Notes: generated by a model not told the origin, from the sequence alone. Positions 17,316-26,804 are shown, counted from the stretch's first letter. The stretch: DNA of 64,000 nt from Candidatus Omnitrophota bacterium (GCA_026387405.1 JAPLLV010000056.1:25765-89764), one strand, 5' to 3'. Translations and numbers: made by a program.

Positions 17316-18065
17316 ATGCGCAAAAGATGGTTGATCGCCGCTTTAATCATATTAACCGCTTGGCGTTGGGGCTTTGCCGGGGAAAAAGTTCCTGCCCCTT
17401 CGGGATGGGTAAATGATTTTGCCGGAGTAATCAATCCGGCGTATAAAGAAAAAATCAGCTCTTTAATTGAAGAGCTGGAGCAAAAGACAAGCTCAGAGAT
17501 AGCGGTAGTTACCATAAGCTCCATCTCGCCATATGATGAAAATTCATACGCGAGGATGCTCTTTGACAGCTGGAAACCGGGGAAAAAGGGTAAGGATAAC
17601 GGCGTCTTGATCCTTGTGGCGGTCAAAGAAAGACGCTGGAGGATCGAGACCGGATATGGAGTAGAAGGCATATTGCCCGACGGGCTCTGCGGAGAGATCG
17701 GCCGTAACCAGATGGTCCCCTATTTTAAACAAGGTGATTACGGAACAGGCCTTTACTATGGGGCCGCGGCAATAGCGCAAATTATTGCTAAAGATGCACA
17801 CGTTGTCTTAGACGTAGAAGGAAACCTCCCCGGTACACCTATAACCCAGACTCCAGGGTCGTCTATGGAAGGCATAATATTCTTTATAGTAATAATAGTG
17901 ATAATTGTTCTTACGTTGATTTCCAACCTCTTTCACGGTTACGGTCTTTTTGGCGGTGGATATTACGGCGGTGGATATGACGGAGGCGGTGGTTTTGGCG
18001 GAGGTGGATTCGGAGGATTCGGAGGAGGCGGAGGAGGCGGTGGCGGAGGTGGAGGAGGATTTTAA
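17316..18065 (+). CDS. TPM domain (YgcG/TLP18.3-like) protein with a glycine-rich C-terminal tail
   Basis: Signal/TM, TPM motifs (AVVTISS...ILVAVKERRWRIETGYG), C-terminal GGGYYGGGYDGGGGFGGGG low-complexity tail; paired with LemA. Confidence 0.75.
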   Translation: MRKRWLIAALIILTAWRWGFAGEKVPAPSGWVNDFAGVINPAYKEKISSLIEELEQKTSSEIAVVTISSISPYDENSYARMLFDSWKPGKKGKDNGVLILVAVKERRWRIETGYGVEGILPDGLCGEIGRNQMVPYFKQGDYGTGLYYGAAAIAQIIAKDAHVVLDVEGNLPGTPITQTPGSSMEGIIFFIVIIVIIVLTLISNLFHGYGLFGGGYYGGGYDGGGGFGGGGFGGFGGGGGGGGGGGGGF

Positions 18066-18111
18066 ATGAGGGCGCAATTTGATAAGTCGGAATTAATAAT
18101 GGGAGGTAATT

Positions 18112-18669
18112 ATGAATAAAATGGTCATCGGAATAATAGCGGCGATAGTGCTCATCGGCATCATATTTATTTCAGGGTACAACGCAATAGTTTCAAAACA
18201 TGAGACTATTACTGCCAAATGGGCGCAGGTAGAGAATCAGCTGCAGAGGAGAAACGACCTTATACCAAATCTCGTCAACACGGTGAAGGGATATGCAGCG
18301 CACGAAAAGACCTTATTTGAAGATATCACTAACGCGCGTTCGCAATGGGGCAAGGCAAACACGGTGGACGAAAAGGTCAAGGCTGCAAGCGCCATTGACA
18401 GCGCCATCTCGCGTTTATTGATGGTGGTAGAGAATTATCCGAATTTAAAAGCAGACCAGACCTTCCTGAAATTACAGGATGAATTAGCGGGAACAGAAAA
18501 TCGTATTGCCACCGAACGCATGCGTTATAACGAAGCGGTAAGGGAGTATAATATAACGGTAAGGATGTTCCCGGGGAACATGATCGCCGGAATTTACGGC
18601 TTCAAACCGGCTACTGAATATTTTAAGGCCGAAGAAAGAGCAAAGGCAGTACCGGAAGTAAAATTTTAA
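18112..18669 (+). CDS. lemA: LemA family protein
   Basis: N-terminal TM plus the LemA conserved region (NDLIPNLVNTVKGYAAHEK...). Confidence 0.8.
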   Translation: MNKMVIGIIAAIVLIGIIFISGYNAIVSKHETITAKWAQVENQLQRRNDLIPNLVNTVKGYAAHEKTLFEDITNARSQWGKANTVDEKVKAASAIDSAISRLLMVVENYPNLKADQTFLKLQDELAGTENRIATERMRYNEAVREYNITVRMFPGNMIAGIYGFKPATEYFKAEERAKAVPEVKF

Positions 18670-18670
18670 A

Positions 18671-18850
18671 GTAGCAATGGAATTGTCTGTGAGCGCACAA
18701 TTAGAATTTTTTCGGCAAAAGCGCGCAAAGCTTTACGGTGAGCAAAGTGAGCTACCGTAAGTTAGTCACAGACGTTGGCGAACGAAGCGAACCGTAAACT
18801 GTAGCGCGCGGCGAAAAAATTCGTGCGCGAACAGACATTTACATTGCTAA
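18671..18850. repeat. About 180-bp imperfect long palindrome / structured spacer upstream of the ApgM-like/lysC pair
   Basis: Outer arms tagcaatggaattgtctgtgagcgcac and gtgcgcgaacagacatttacattgcta; inner arms gcgcgcaaagctttacgg and ccgtaaactgtagcgcgc. Confidence 0.6.
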
Positions 18851-18857
18851 TATACAT

Positions 18858-20060
18858 ATGAAATACATAGTACTGGTAGGAGATGGGATGGCGGATTACC
18901 CGATCCAAGAACTGGGTAATCGTACGCCCTTAGAGGCGGCCAAGACCCCGAATATGGATTTTATCGCCCAAAACGGCATGCTCGGGCAGATAAAAACTAT
19001 CCCCCTGAATATGACCCCGGCCTCGGACGTGGCCAATATCTCTATCCTGGGGTATGACCCGGAGCAATATTACACCGGGCGCGGACCGCTTGAAGCGGCC
19101 AACCTGGGAGTAGAATTAGGGGATGACGACATAGCTTTCAGGTGCAACCTGATCACCGCTTCCGGTGATACGCTCATAGATTACAGCGCCGGCCATATCT
19201 CAACCAAAGAAGCAGAACAAATCATTAGATTTCTCGATCGTGCTCTCGGCAATGACCAGATCAAATTTTACCCGGGGGTGAGTTACCGGCACGTAATGCT
19301 GGTCAAGGACGGCGCCCGTGAAAACCTGGATAAAATAAAGGCTAAACCGCCGCATGATATAAGCGGACAAGGTATTTCCAAGAATCTACCCGTTGGCCCG
19401 GGGAGTGAGATACTGATAAAATTAATGCGGGATTCTTTGCCGCTCCTTGAGAACCACGAAATAAATCACGTCCGGGTTGACTTAAAAGAAAACCCGGCAA
19501 ACATGATCTGGCTCTGGGGACAGGGCAAAAAACCCGTCATGCCTAAGTTCTCTGATAAATACGGGCTCACCGGCAGCGTTATTTCCGCGGTAGATCTATT
19601 GAAAGGCCTGGGAAGGATCCTGGGCCTTAATGTGATTGATGTCCCGGGCGCAACAGGATATTATGATACGGATTATGCCGGCAAGGCCAATGCGGCTATC
19701 AAATCATTAAAAGAACTCGACTTCGTCTTTGTTCACGTAGAGGCCCCGGACGAGGCAGGGCACAACGGAGACCTAAGGGAAAAAATCGCGGCCATTGAAC
19801 GCTTTGACCAGCTGGTGGTCGGCAACATTTTAGATGCCTTTAAACGCAGGAAGAATTTCCGCGTATTAGTACTTCCCGACCATGCTACTCCTATCAGCCT
19901 GAAAACGCACGTGGCGGATAAGATCTGTTTCGGTATCTTCGGTAAAGATATTACGGCGGGTAATTTTACGGCTTACAGCGAAAAAGAAGCTCAAAAATCC
20001 AGCCTTAATTTTGAAAAAGGACATGAGCTGATGGAATATTTCATACGGAGCAAAATATGA
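18858..20060 (+). CDS. Cofactor-independent phosphoglycerate mutase, archaeal-type (ApgM family). In this context it may be a non-canonical homoserine kinase
   Basis: MKYIVLVGDGMAD start and metal-binding motifs of the ApgM family. No thrB is present in the window, and the gene sits between hom-thrC and lysC. Confidence 0.7.
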   Translation: MKYIVLVGDGMADYPIQELGNRTPLEAAKTPNMDFIAQNGMLGQIKTIPLNMTPASDVANISILGYDPEQYYTGRGPLEAANLGVELGDDDIAFRCNLITASGDTLIDYSAGHISTKEAEQIIRFLDRALGNDQIKFYPGVSYRHVMLVKDGARENLDKIKAKPPHDISGQGISKNLPVGPGSEILIKLMRDSLPLLENHEINHVRVDLKENPANMIWLWGQGKKPVMPKFSDKYGLTGSVISAVDLLKGLGRILGLNVIDVPGATGYYDTDYAGKANAAIKSLKELDFVFVHVEAPDEAGHNGDLREKIAAIERFDQLVVGNILDAFKRRKNFRVLVLPDHATPISLKTHVADKICFGIFGKDITAGNFTAYSEKEAQKSSLNFEKGHELMEYFIRSKI

Positions 20061-21277
20061 GCCATAAGTTGATCGTACAGAAATTCGGCGGTTCATCACT
20101 CGCCAACGTTGAACGTATCCAGAATGTGGCGAAAAGGGTCGCCGGCTATAAGAAAAACGGGCACGATCTGGTAGTGGTAGTTTCGGCGTTGGGCGACACC
20201 ACCGATGAACTGATCGAACTAGCCAATAAAATCAATACCGAGCCTTCAGAGCGAGAAATGGACATGCTGCTTTCTACGGGAGAACAGATATCGGTCGCGC
20301 TCCTGGCCATGGCCCTGCATAAACTCAAGGTAGAAGCCATATCTTTCACGGGCCTGCAGATCGGCATTATTACCGACACCAGCCACACCCGGGCGCGTAT
20401 TTTAAAGGTCAATACCGAGAAAATAAAAGAGGAACTTCAAAAGGGAAAGATAGTCATTGTCGCCGGCTTTCAGGGCGTCACCCCTAATCAAGACATTACC
20501 ACCCTCGGCCGCGGCGGCTCAGACCTGACCGCAGTAGCCCTGGCCAAAGAATTAAAGGCCGACGAATGCGAGATATACACTGATGTGGAAGGCATTTTTA
20601 CTACCGATCCGCGCATCGAACCAAAGGCCAGAAAAATAAACGCCATAACTTACGACGAGATGCTTGAAATGGCCTCATTAGGCGCGCAGGTAATGCAGGC
20701 GCGCTCCATAGAGGTAGCGAAAAAATTTGACGTACCCATACACGTGCGCTCTTCATTTTCGCAAAAACCCGGCACAATGATCATTAGGGAGGTTAAAAGA
20801 ATGGAAGAGGTCGTAGTCAGCGGGGTAACCTTGAATAAAAACGAAGCCAAGATCACCGTATGCGATGTCCCGGACAAACCCGGAGTGGCAGCCAGGATCT
20901 TTAATGAATTATCCGGCGCGGGCATAAATGTGGATATGATAGTCCAGAACGTATCTCATACCCGCAAGACCGACATCTCCTTTACCATAAGCAAGGCGGA
21001 GAGCGTTAAAACCCTCAAGACCGTCAAGAAGGTTGCCGCAAAGATCGGGACAGGGGAAGTCTTAATGGATGACGATATTGCCCGTTTGTCGATAGTGGGC
21101 GTGGGGATGAAATCGCATCCCGGGGTCGCAGGCACGATGTTTAAAGTCCTGGCGGAAAATAAAGCCAACATCGAGATGATCTCTACCTCGGACATAAGTA
21201 TATCCTGCATCATCAAAAAGAAATTTGCCGAGACCGCGTTAAGAGCGCTGCACGGAAAATTTGGTTTAGCAAAATGA
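20057..21277 (+). CDS. lysC: Aspartate kinase
   Basis: KFGGSSL N-terminus, amino-acid kinase fold and two C-terminal ACT domains. Its start overlaps the upstream TGA (ATGA). Confidence 0.9.
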   Translation: MSHKLIVQKFGGSSLANVERIQNVAKRVAGYKKNGHDLVVVVSALGDTTDELIELANKINTEPSEREMDMLLSTGEQISVALLAMALHKLKVEAISFTGLQIGIITDTSHTRARILKVNTEKIKEELQKGKIVIVAGFQGVTPNQDITTLGRGGSDLTAVALAKELKADECEIYTDVEGIFTTDPRIEPKARKINAITYDEMLEMASLGAQVMQARSIEVAKKFDVPIHVRSSFSQKPGTMIIREVKRMEEVVVSGVTLNKNEAKITVCDVPDKPGVAARIFNELSGAGINVDMIVQNVSHTRKTDISFTISKAESVKTLKTVKKVAAKIGTGEVLMDDDIARLSIVGVGMKSHPGVAGTMFKVLAENKANIEMISTSDISISCIIKKKFAETALRALHGKFGLAK

Positions 21278-21283
21278 CTTAGT

Positions 21284-21360
21284 TGTCATTGCGAGGAGCG
21301 AAAGCGACGAAGCAATCTAAAGGCATGATTGCTTCGCCCCTTCGGGGCTCGCAATGACAG
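21284..21360 (+). repeat. Family-4 structured repeat with GAAA and UUCG tetraloop hairpins, copy 1
   Basis: Outer stem tgtcattgcgag/ctcgcaatgaca; inner hairpins gaagcaatc...gattgcttc and gcccc-ttcg-gggc; gc-gaaa-gc. Confidence 0.75.
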
Positions 21361-21378
21361 TATTGAAAAGAGGACTTT

Positions 21379-22971
21379 ATGCATAAAGTAAAATTATACG
21401 ATACCACGCTGCGCGACGGCTCACAGGGAGAAGGTATTTCTTATTCCGTAATGGATAAAGTCCATATCGCCGGAGAGCTGGATTTATTAGGCATCCATTA
21501 CATTGAAGGCGGTTGGCCCGGGTCCAACCCTAAGGACATGGAGTTCTTCCTGAAAATGTCGCAACTGCGTTTGAAAAACAGCGAACTGGTGGCCTTTGGC
21601 TCAACGCGCAAAGCCCATACGCCGGCAGAAAAAGACCCAAACCTGCTTGCGCTGTTAAAATCCAAGGTCAAGATCGTTACGCTCTTCGGGAAAACCTGGG
21701 ATTTGCATATTACAGAAGTGCTCAAAACTACCTTAGAGGAAAATCTGGCAATGATCAAGGATTCCGTAGGGTTCCTTACTGCCGGAGACATAGAAGTATT
21801 CTACGATGCGGAGCATTTTTTTGACGCCTATCAGGCAAATAAAGAATACAGCTTGCGCTGCCTGGCCGTTGCGCAGGAAGCAGGGGCACAGGCGATCTGC
21901 CTTTGCGATACAAACGGCGGGACCTTAACCTCCAGAATTTCAGCTGTAATTAAAGAGATCCGGCCAGAGATCAAAGTAAGCCTGGGTATCCATTGCCATA
22001 ATGACGCGGGGCTGGCTGTGGCTAACTCCATTGCCGCGGTTGAGGCAGGGACAGATATGGTCCAGGGAACCATTAACGGTTACGGAGAACGCTGCGGAAA
22101 TGCCGACCTGATCCCGATCATAGCTAACCTCAAATTAAAATTAGGTATTGACTGCGTAACTGACGACAAATTAAAGGAACTGACCAAAGTTTCGCATTTC
22201 GTCAGCGAGATCAGCAATATGAAACAGCGGGATGAGCAGCCCTACACCGGGGCTTCGGCTTTCGCGCACAAAGCCGGGGTGCATATCAACGCGGTGATGA
22301 AAAATCCCAAGACCTACGAACATATCGAACCGGCCCTGGTAGGAAACAAAAACAGGATCCTGGTTTCGGAACTCGCCGGGAAAACCGGAGTATTTGTCCG
22401 GGCTCAAGGATTGGACTTAAACCTGGACAAGAATGACCCGCGGACTAAGAAGATCCTGGAGCTTATCCAGAGGCTTGAGCACGAAGGGTATCATTTTGAG
22501 GCAGCCGACGCGTCTTTCGAACTCCTGATGAAGAGGGCGCTTAAAAAATATAATAAATTCTTCGACCTCACCGGATTCCGCGTGGTTATCGAAAAGGAAT
22601 CAAACCGTAAGGTTACTACTGAAGCGATAATCAGACTGAAAGTAAAAAACGCTAAGGTCCACACTGCCGCGGACGGAGACGGCCCGGTCAATGCCCTGGA
22701 TAATGCCCTGCGCAAGGCCTTGGCAGATTTTTATCCAGCATTGTCGAAGATGCATCTTTCTGATTTCAAGGTGCGCGTCTTGGATGAAAAAGCCGGCACT
22801 GCCGCAAAGGTGCGCGTACTCATTGAATCGCAGGACGAAGACGATACCTGGAGCACCATCGGGGTTTCGGAAAATATCATCGAGGCCAGCTGGCAAGCGC
22901 TCGTTGACAGCGTAGAATACAAGCTTTTGAAAGATGGAAAACAACTCTACGGGCATACCCGTGAAACCTAG
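21379..22971 (+). CDS. 2-isopropylmalate synthase / (R)-citramalate synthase family
   Basis: MHKVKLYDTTLRDGSQ start and HMGL-like TIM barrel plus LeuA dimerisation domain; 530 aa. Confidence 0.85.
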   Translation: MHKVKLYDTTLRDGSQGEGISYSVMDKVHIAGELDLLGIHYIEGGWPGSNPKDMEFFLKMSQLRLKNSELVAFGSTRKAHTPAEKDPNLLALLKSKVKIVTLFGKTWDLHITEVLKTTLEENLAMIKDSVGFLTAGDIEVFYDAEHFFDAYQANKEYSLRCLAVAQEAGAQAICLCDTNGGTLTSRISAVIKEIRPEIKVSLGIHCHNDAGLAVANSIAAVEAGTDMVQGTINGYGERCGNADLIPIIANLKLKLGIDCVTDDKLKELTKVSHFVSEISNMKQRDEQPYTGASAFAHKAGVHINAVMKNPKTYEHIEPALVGNKNRILVSELAGKTGVFVRAQGLDLNLDKNDPRTKKILELIQRLEHEGYHFEAADASFELLMKRALKKYNKFFDLTGFRVVIEKESNRKVTTEAIIRLKVKNAKVHTAADGDGPVNALDNALRKALADFYPALSKMHLSDFKVRVLDEKAGTAAKVRVLIESQDEDDTWSTIGVSENIIEASWQALVDSVEYKLLKDGKQLYGHTRET

Positions 22972-22976
22972 ATTAG

Positions 22977-23006
22977 ATCCTTGACATTGTAATTCATGTC
23001 AAGGAT
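22977..23006. promoter_or_regulatory. Perfect palindrome atccttgacat-tgtaattc-atgtcaaggat containing TTGACA. Either a terminator hairpin for the upstream gene or an operator over the valS -35
   Basis: Direct reading. Followed by a roughly 100-nt leader closed by tatcccgcc (23007-23015) / ggcgggata (23105-23113). Confidence 0.4.
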
Positions 23007-23119
23007 TATCCCGCCGACAGGAATAATTTGTTAATTTAGCGACATCTCGCCGAGCGGGTATTTCTTCTTATTCATGCACGGCTATGGCCGTGGTATTCTG
23101 CGAAGGCGGGATAAATCTA

Positions 23120-25933
23120 ATGAGCAATGAAATCCCCAAACAATATAACCCGCGAGAATGTGAAGATAAGTGGTATAAGTTCTGGGAAGAGAATAATTAT
23201 TTCTCCGCCAGGGCCAATCCCGCAAAGAAACCTTTCTCTATAGTCATTCCGCCGCCTAATGTGACAGGGATCCTGCACATGGGCCATGCCTTAAATAACA
23301 CTATCCAAGACATCCTCATCCGCTACCATCGCATGCAAGGTGAAGAGTCTCTCTGGATGCCGGGGACTGACCATGCCGGGATCGCCACCCAAAACGTGGT
23401 AGAAAAAGCCCTTGCCAAGGAAAACATCAAGCGCCAGGATTTAGGGAGGGAAAAATTCATCGAGAAAGTCTGGCTATGGAAGGAACAATACGGCTCCGCC
23501 ATCATCAGGCAGCTAAAGAAATTAGGCGCATCCTGCGATTGGTCAAGGATACGCTTTACCATGGATGAGGAATATTCCAAGGCGATAGTTGAAGTCTTTG
23601 TGCGCCTATATGAGAAGGGCCTGATCTATCAGGGAAACTACATTATCAACTGGTGCCCGCGCTGCCAGACCGCGCTTTCCGATGAAGAAGCGCCGCATAA
23701 AGAGCTGCAGGGAAATTTATACTATTTAAGATATCCTATTGTCGTTAGTCGTAAGTCGTTAGTCGTTAGTAAGGCTGGAGCAAAAGGAAGCGGAAAAAAG
23801 ACGGATGACGAATACATTGTTGTCGCAACTACCCGGCCGGAGACGATGCTCGGCGACACGGCGGTGGCGGTTAACCCCAAAGATAAACGCTATAAGCATC
23901 TTATCGGTGAGAGCATCATCCTGCCTTTAGTCAATCGCGAAATAAAAATTATCTCTGACAACAGCGTGGATGTGAAATTCGGCACAGGCGCGGTCAAAGT
24001 CACGCCCGCGCATGACCCTAACGATTATGCCTTAGGCAAAAAGCACAAGCTGGAATTTATAAACGTGATGCGTGCCGACGGACGCATGAATGAAAATTCG
24101 GGCGATTACAAAGATATGGATCGTTTCGAGGCCAGGGAGGTCATCCTGGAAGACTTGAAGGAAAAGGGATTCCTGGAGAAGGTCGAACCTCACCAGTTGT
24201 CCGCTGGACACTGCTACCGTTGCCACACCATCATCGAACCCTACCTATCCAAACAGTGGTTTGTAAAAATGAAGCCGCTGGCAAAAGAAGCGATACGGGT
24301 AGTCAAAAAGGGTAAGATCAAATTTCATCCGGAGCGCTGGACCAAGGTATACCTTAACTGGATGGAGAATATCCAGGATTGGTGCATCTCCAGACAGATC
24401 TGGTGGGGACATCGCTTGCCTGTTTACTACTGTAAAAATTGCCTGACTAACGACCAACGACTAACGACTAACGACAAGGGAGGCGTTATTGTCTCTCGCA
24501 CTAAGCCGGAAAAATGCCCGGAATGCGGTTCAACCGATATCTATCAAGACGACGATGTGCTGGACACCTGGTTTTCCAGCTGGCTCTGGCCCTTTGCTAC
24601 CTTTGGCTGGCCATTTGGCTTATCGCATATGGCAAATGGCATATCGCAAGAAAGCCATAAGCGATTAGCGATAAGCGATAAGCAAAAGGATTTAGATTAT
24701 TTCTACCCCACCTCTGTCCTCGTTACTGCCCCGGAAATCATCTTTTTCTGGGTAGCGCGCATGATCATGGCCGGCCTGGAGTTCATGCAAGACATTCCTT
24801 TTAGAGATGTTTATATCCACGGGACAGTGCGCGACACCGAAGGCAAAAAGATGTCTAAATCCCTGGGTAATATTATAGACCCGCTGGATATCATAAAAGA
24901 GTTCGGAACCGATGCCTTACGCTTCAGCCTGATATCCATTACCGCCCAGGGCCAAGACGTATTCTTGTCCAAAGAAAGATTTGAACAGGGAAGGAATTTC
25001 GCCAACAAGATCTGGAACGCCTCAAGGTTCATCCTGATGAACCTCCAACCGGAGCAAACCAAAGCCGATCTCTGTGTATTCTTCAAAAAAGAAAATTTAA
25101 GCCTGGAAAACCGTTGGATCTTAAGCCGGTTCTATTCGGTATTAAAAGAGTTAAACTCTCACCTTGACTCCTTAAAATTCAATGAAGCCGCGAATCTTTT
25201 GTATGGCTTCTTCTGGCACGAGTTCTGCGATTGGTATCTGGAAATAATCAAGGCTGATATAAAGAACCCGCAGAACCAGATAGTCATGTATAAGGTGTTA
25301 GAAAAATTTTTAAGGATACTGCACCCGTTAATGCCTTTTTTGACCGAGGAGATCTGGCAGAAATTTAACAACCAACCAACGACCAAGGACCAACGACTAA
25401 CGACCAGTATTATGATCCAGCCCTGGCCGCATGTGCAAGAGCAGATGATCGACAAGAAATATGAAGAATTGATGCAGTCGGTCTTTGATGTCATTGTAAC
25501 CATCCGGAATATGCGCTCGGAATTGGAAATACCCCTCCAGGACACCATATCCTCGACGATTTGTTCTCCCCAGAAGAAGGAACGAGAACTTTTAGCATCC
25601 TGCGCTCCGATCATAAAGAACCTGACCAAAACAGGAGAAGTGGATATCAAAGAGACATGCACGCGCGGCCCGGGACAATTCGTAATGGTCTTAAAAGACA
25701 TGCATATCGTCATCCCGCTCTCAGGGCTAATAGACATTGCTGCCCACCGCAAAAAGACCGAAGAGAAGATAGCCAAAGCTGAGGCAGAGATCAAGCGCAA
25801 AAAGGAACTGTTGGAGAATGCGAATTTCAGCAAAAATGCACCGGAAGAAATAGTAGAGAAGGAAAAGGCGAGGTTAAGCGAATTAAACGAGCTGGTAAAA
25901 AAACTAAAGGCGGTGAAAGATGCACTCCAATAA
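23120..25933 (+). CDS. valS: Valine--tRNA ligase, with four in-frame repeat-derived insertions
   Basis: HMGHAL (HIGH) and KMSKS motifs, C-terminal coiled coil. Insertions at 23741-23774, 24444-24474, 24611-24682 and 25371-25408 fall in loops that are variable in E. coli ValRS. Confidence 0.95.
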   Translation: MSNEIPKQYNPRECEDKWYKFWEENNYFSARANPAKKPFSIVIPPPNVTGILHMGHALNNTIQDILIRYHRMQGEESLWMPGTDHAGIATQNVVEKALAKENIKRQDLGREKFIEKVWLWKEQYGSAIIRQLKKLGASCDWSRIRFTMDEEYSKAIVEVFVRLYEKGLIYQGNYIINWCPRCQTALSDEEAPHKELQGNLYYLRYPIVVSRKSLVVSKAGAKGSGKKTDDEYIVVATTRPETMLGDTAVAVNPKDKRYKHLIGESIILPLVNREIKIISDNSVDVKFGTGAVKVTPAHDPNDYALGKKHKLEFINVMRADGRMNENSGDYKDMDRFEAREVILEDLKEKGFLEKVEPHQLSAGHCYRCHTIIEPYLSKQWFVKMKPLAKEAIRVVKKGKIKFHPERWTKVYLNWMENIQDWCISRQIWWGHRLPVYYCKNCLTNDQRLTTNDKGGVIVSRTKPEKCPECGSTDIYQDDDVLDTWFSSWLWPFATFGWPFGLSHMANGISQESHKRLAISDKQKDLDYFYPTSVLVTAPEIIFFWVARMIMAGLEFMQDIPFRDVYIHGTVRDTEGKKMSKSLGNIIDPLDIIKEFGTDALRFSLISITAQGQDVFLSKERFEQGRNFANKIWNASRFILMNLQPEQTKADLCVFFKKENLSLENRWILSRFYSVLKELNSHLDSLKFNEAANLLYGFFWHEFCDWYLEIIKADIKNPQNQIVMYKVLEKFLRILHPLMPFLTEEIWQKFNNQPTTKDQRLTTSIMIQPWPHVQEQMIDKKYEELMQSVFDVIVTIRNMRSELEIPLQDTISSTICSPQKKERELLASCAPIIKNLTKTGEVDIKETCTRGPGQFVMVLKDMHIVIPLSGLIDIAAHRKKTEEKIAKAEAEIKRKKELLENANFSKNAPEEIVEKEKARLSELNELVKKLKAVKDALQ

Positions 25934-26801
25934 CCATTTTCTTTCGGAAAGAGAACCTGCGTTAAGCGAACAGAGGATAGACGAAATAGTCCGGCACGCG
26001 CTGATCGAGGATATTGGAAAAGGGGACATCACTACTGAGCTGACCATACCTAAAGGCAAAGATATCGAAGCTAAACTGGTTGTAAAAGAAGATTGTATCA
26101 TCTGCGGGATGATGCTCGCGGAAAGGGCATTTACCCTCTCTGATAAAGGCGTCAAATTCAGCGCGCTGGTAAAAGACGGCCAAGCCGCTAAATCCGGAAA
26201 GGCCATCGCGGAGATCTCCGGAGACGCCGGCCATATTTTGACCTCGGAGAGAGTGGCGCTTAACCTCTTGAGCATGCTCTCAGGGATCGCCACTACCACG
26301 CGAAAATACGTCAAGGCAGCCAGCCCGCACAAGGTAAAGATCACCGATACCCGCAAGACCATGCCCGGACTAAGGGAGCTGCAAAAATACGCCGTGAGGA
26401 TAGGAGGAGGTTATAGCCACCGTATGGGTCTTGACGAGATGATCCTGATCAAGGACAACCACATCAAGGTCACCGAAGGCTATGACAAACTACCCAGCGT
26501 GCCTAAAGGTTTTAAGATCGAGATCGAGGTACAGAATATAGATGAATTTAAACATGCCCTGCGCTTTAAGCCGGACGTGATCATGCTGGATAACATGAAA
26601 ATAGAAGATATAAAAGAAGCGGTTAAGATCCGCAATAACACTGAATTTAAAAGCCATCACCTTCCCACTAAACTTGAGGCATCAGGAGGCATCGTCCTGG
26701 AAAACATCCAGGAGGTAGCCTCAACCGGCGTCGATATTATCTCTATCGGAGCCCTAACCCATTCCGTGGACTCCATTGATATAAGCCTTGATATTGAATA
26801 G
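25920..26801 (+). CDS. nadC: Nicotinate-nucleotide pyrophosphorylase (quinolinate phosphoribosyltransferase)
   Basis: QPRTase fold motifs (TRKT.PG.R, MLDN); 293 aa. Confidence 0.85.
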   Translation: MHSNNHFLSEREPALSEQRIDEIVRHALIEDIGKGDITTELTIPKGKDIEAKLVVKEDCIICGMMLAERAFTLSDKGVKFSALVKDGQAAKSGKAIAEISGDAGHILTSERVALNLLSMLSGIATTTRKYVKAASPHKVKITDTRKTMPGLRELQKYAVRIGGGYSHRMGLDEMILIKDNHIKVTEGYDKLPSVPKGFKIEIEVQNIDEFKHALRFKPDVIMLDNMKIEDIKEAVKIRNNTEFKSHHLPTKLEASGGIVLENIQEVASTGVDIISIGALTHSVDSIDISLDIE

Positions 26802-26804
26802 CGG

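Noticed and set aside
23007-23119. T-box riboswitch upstream of valS
   Set aside because: The leader is only about 110 nt and lacks the T-box sequence (AATTAGGGTGGNACCGCG-like) and a specifier-loop context
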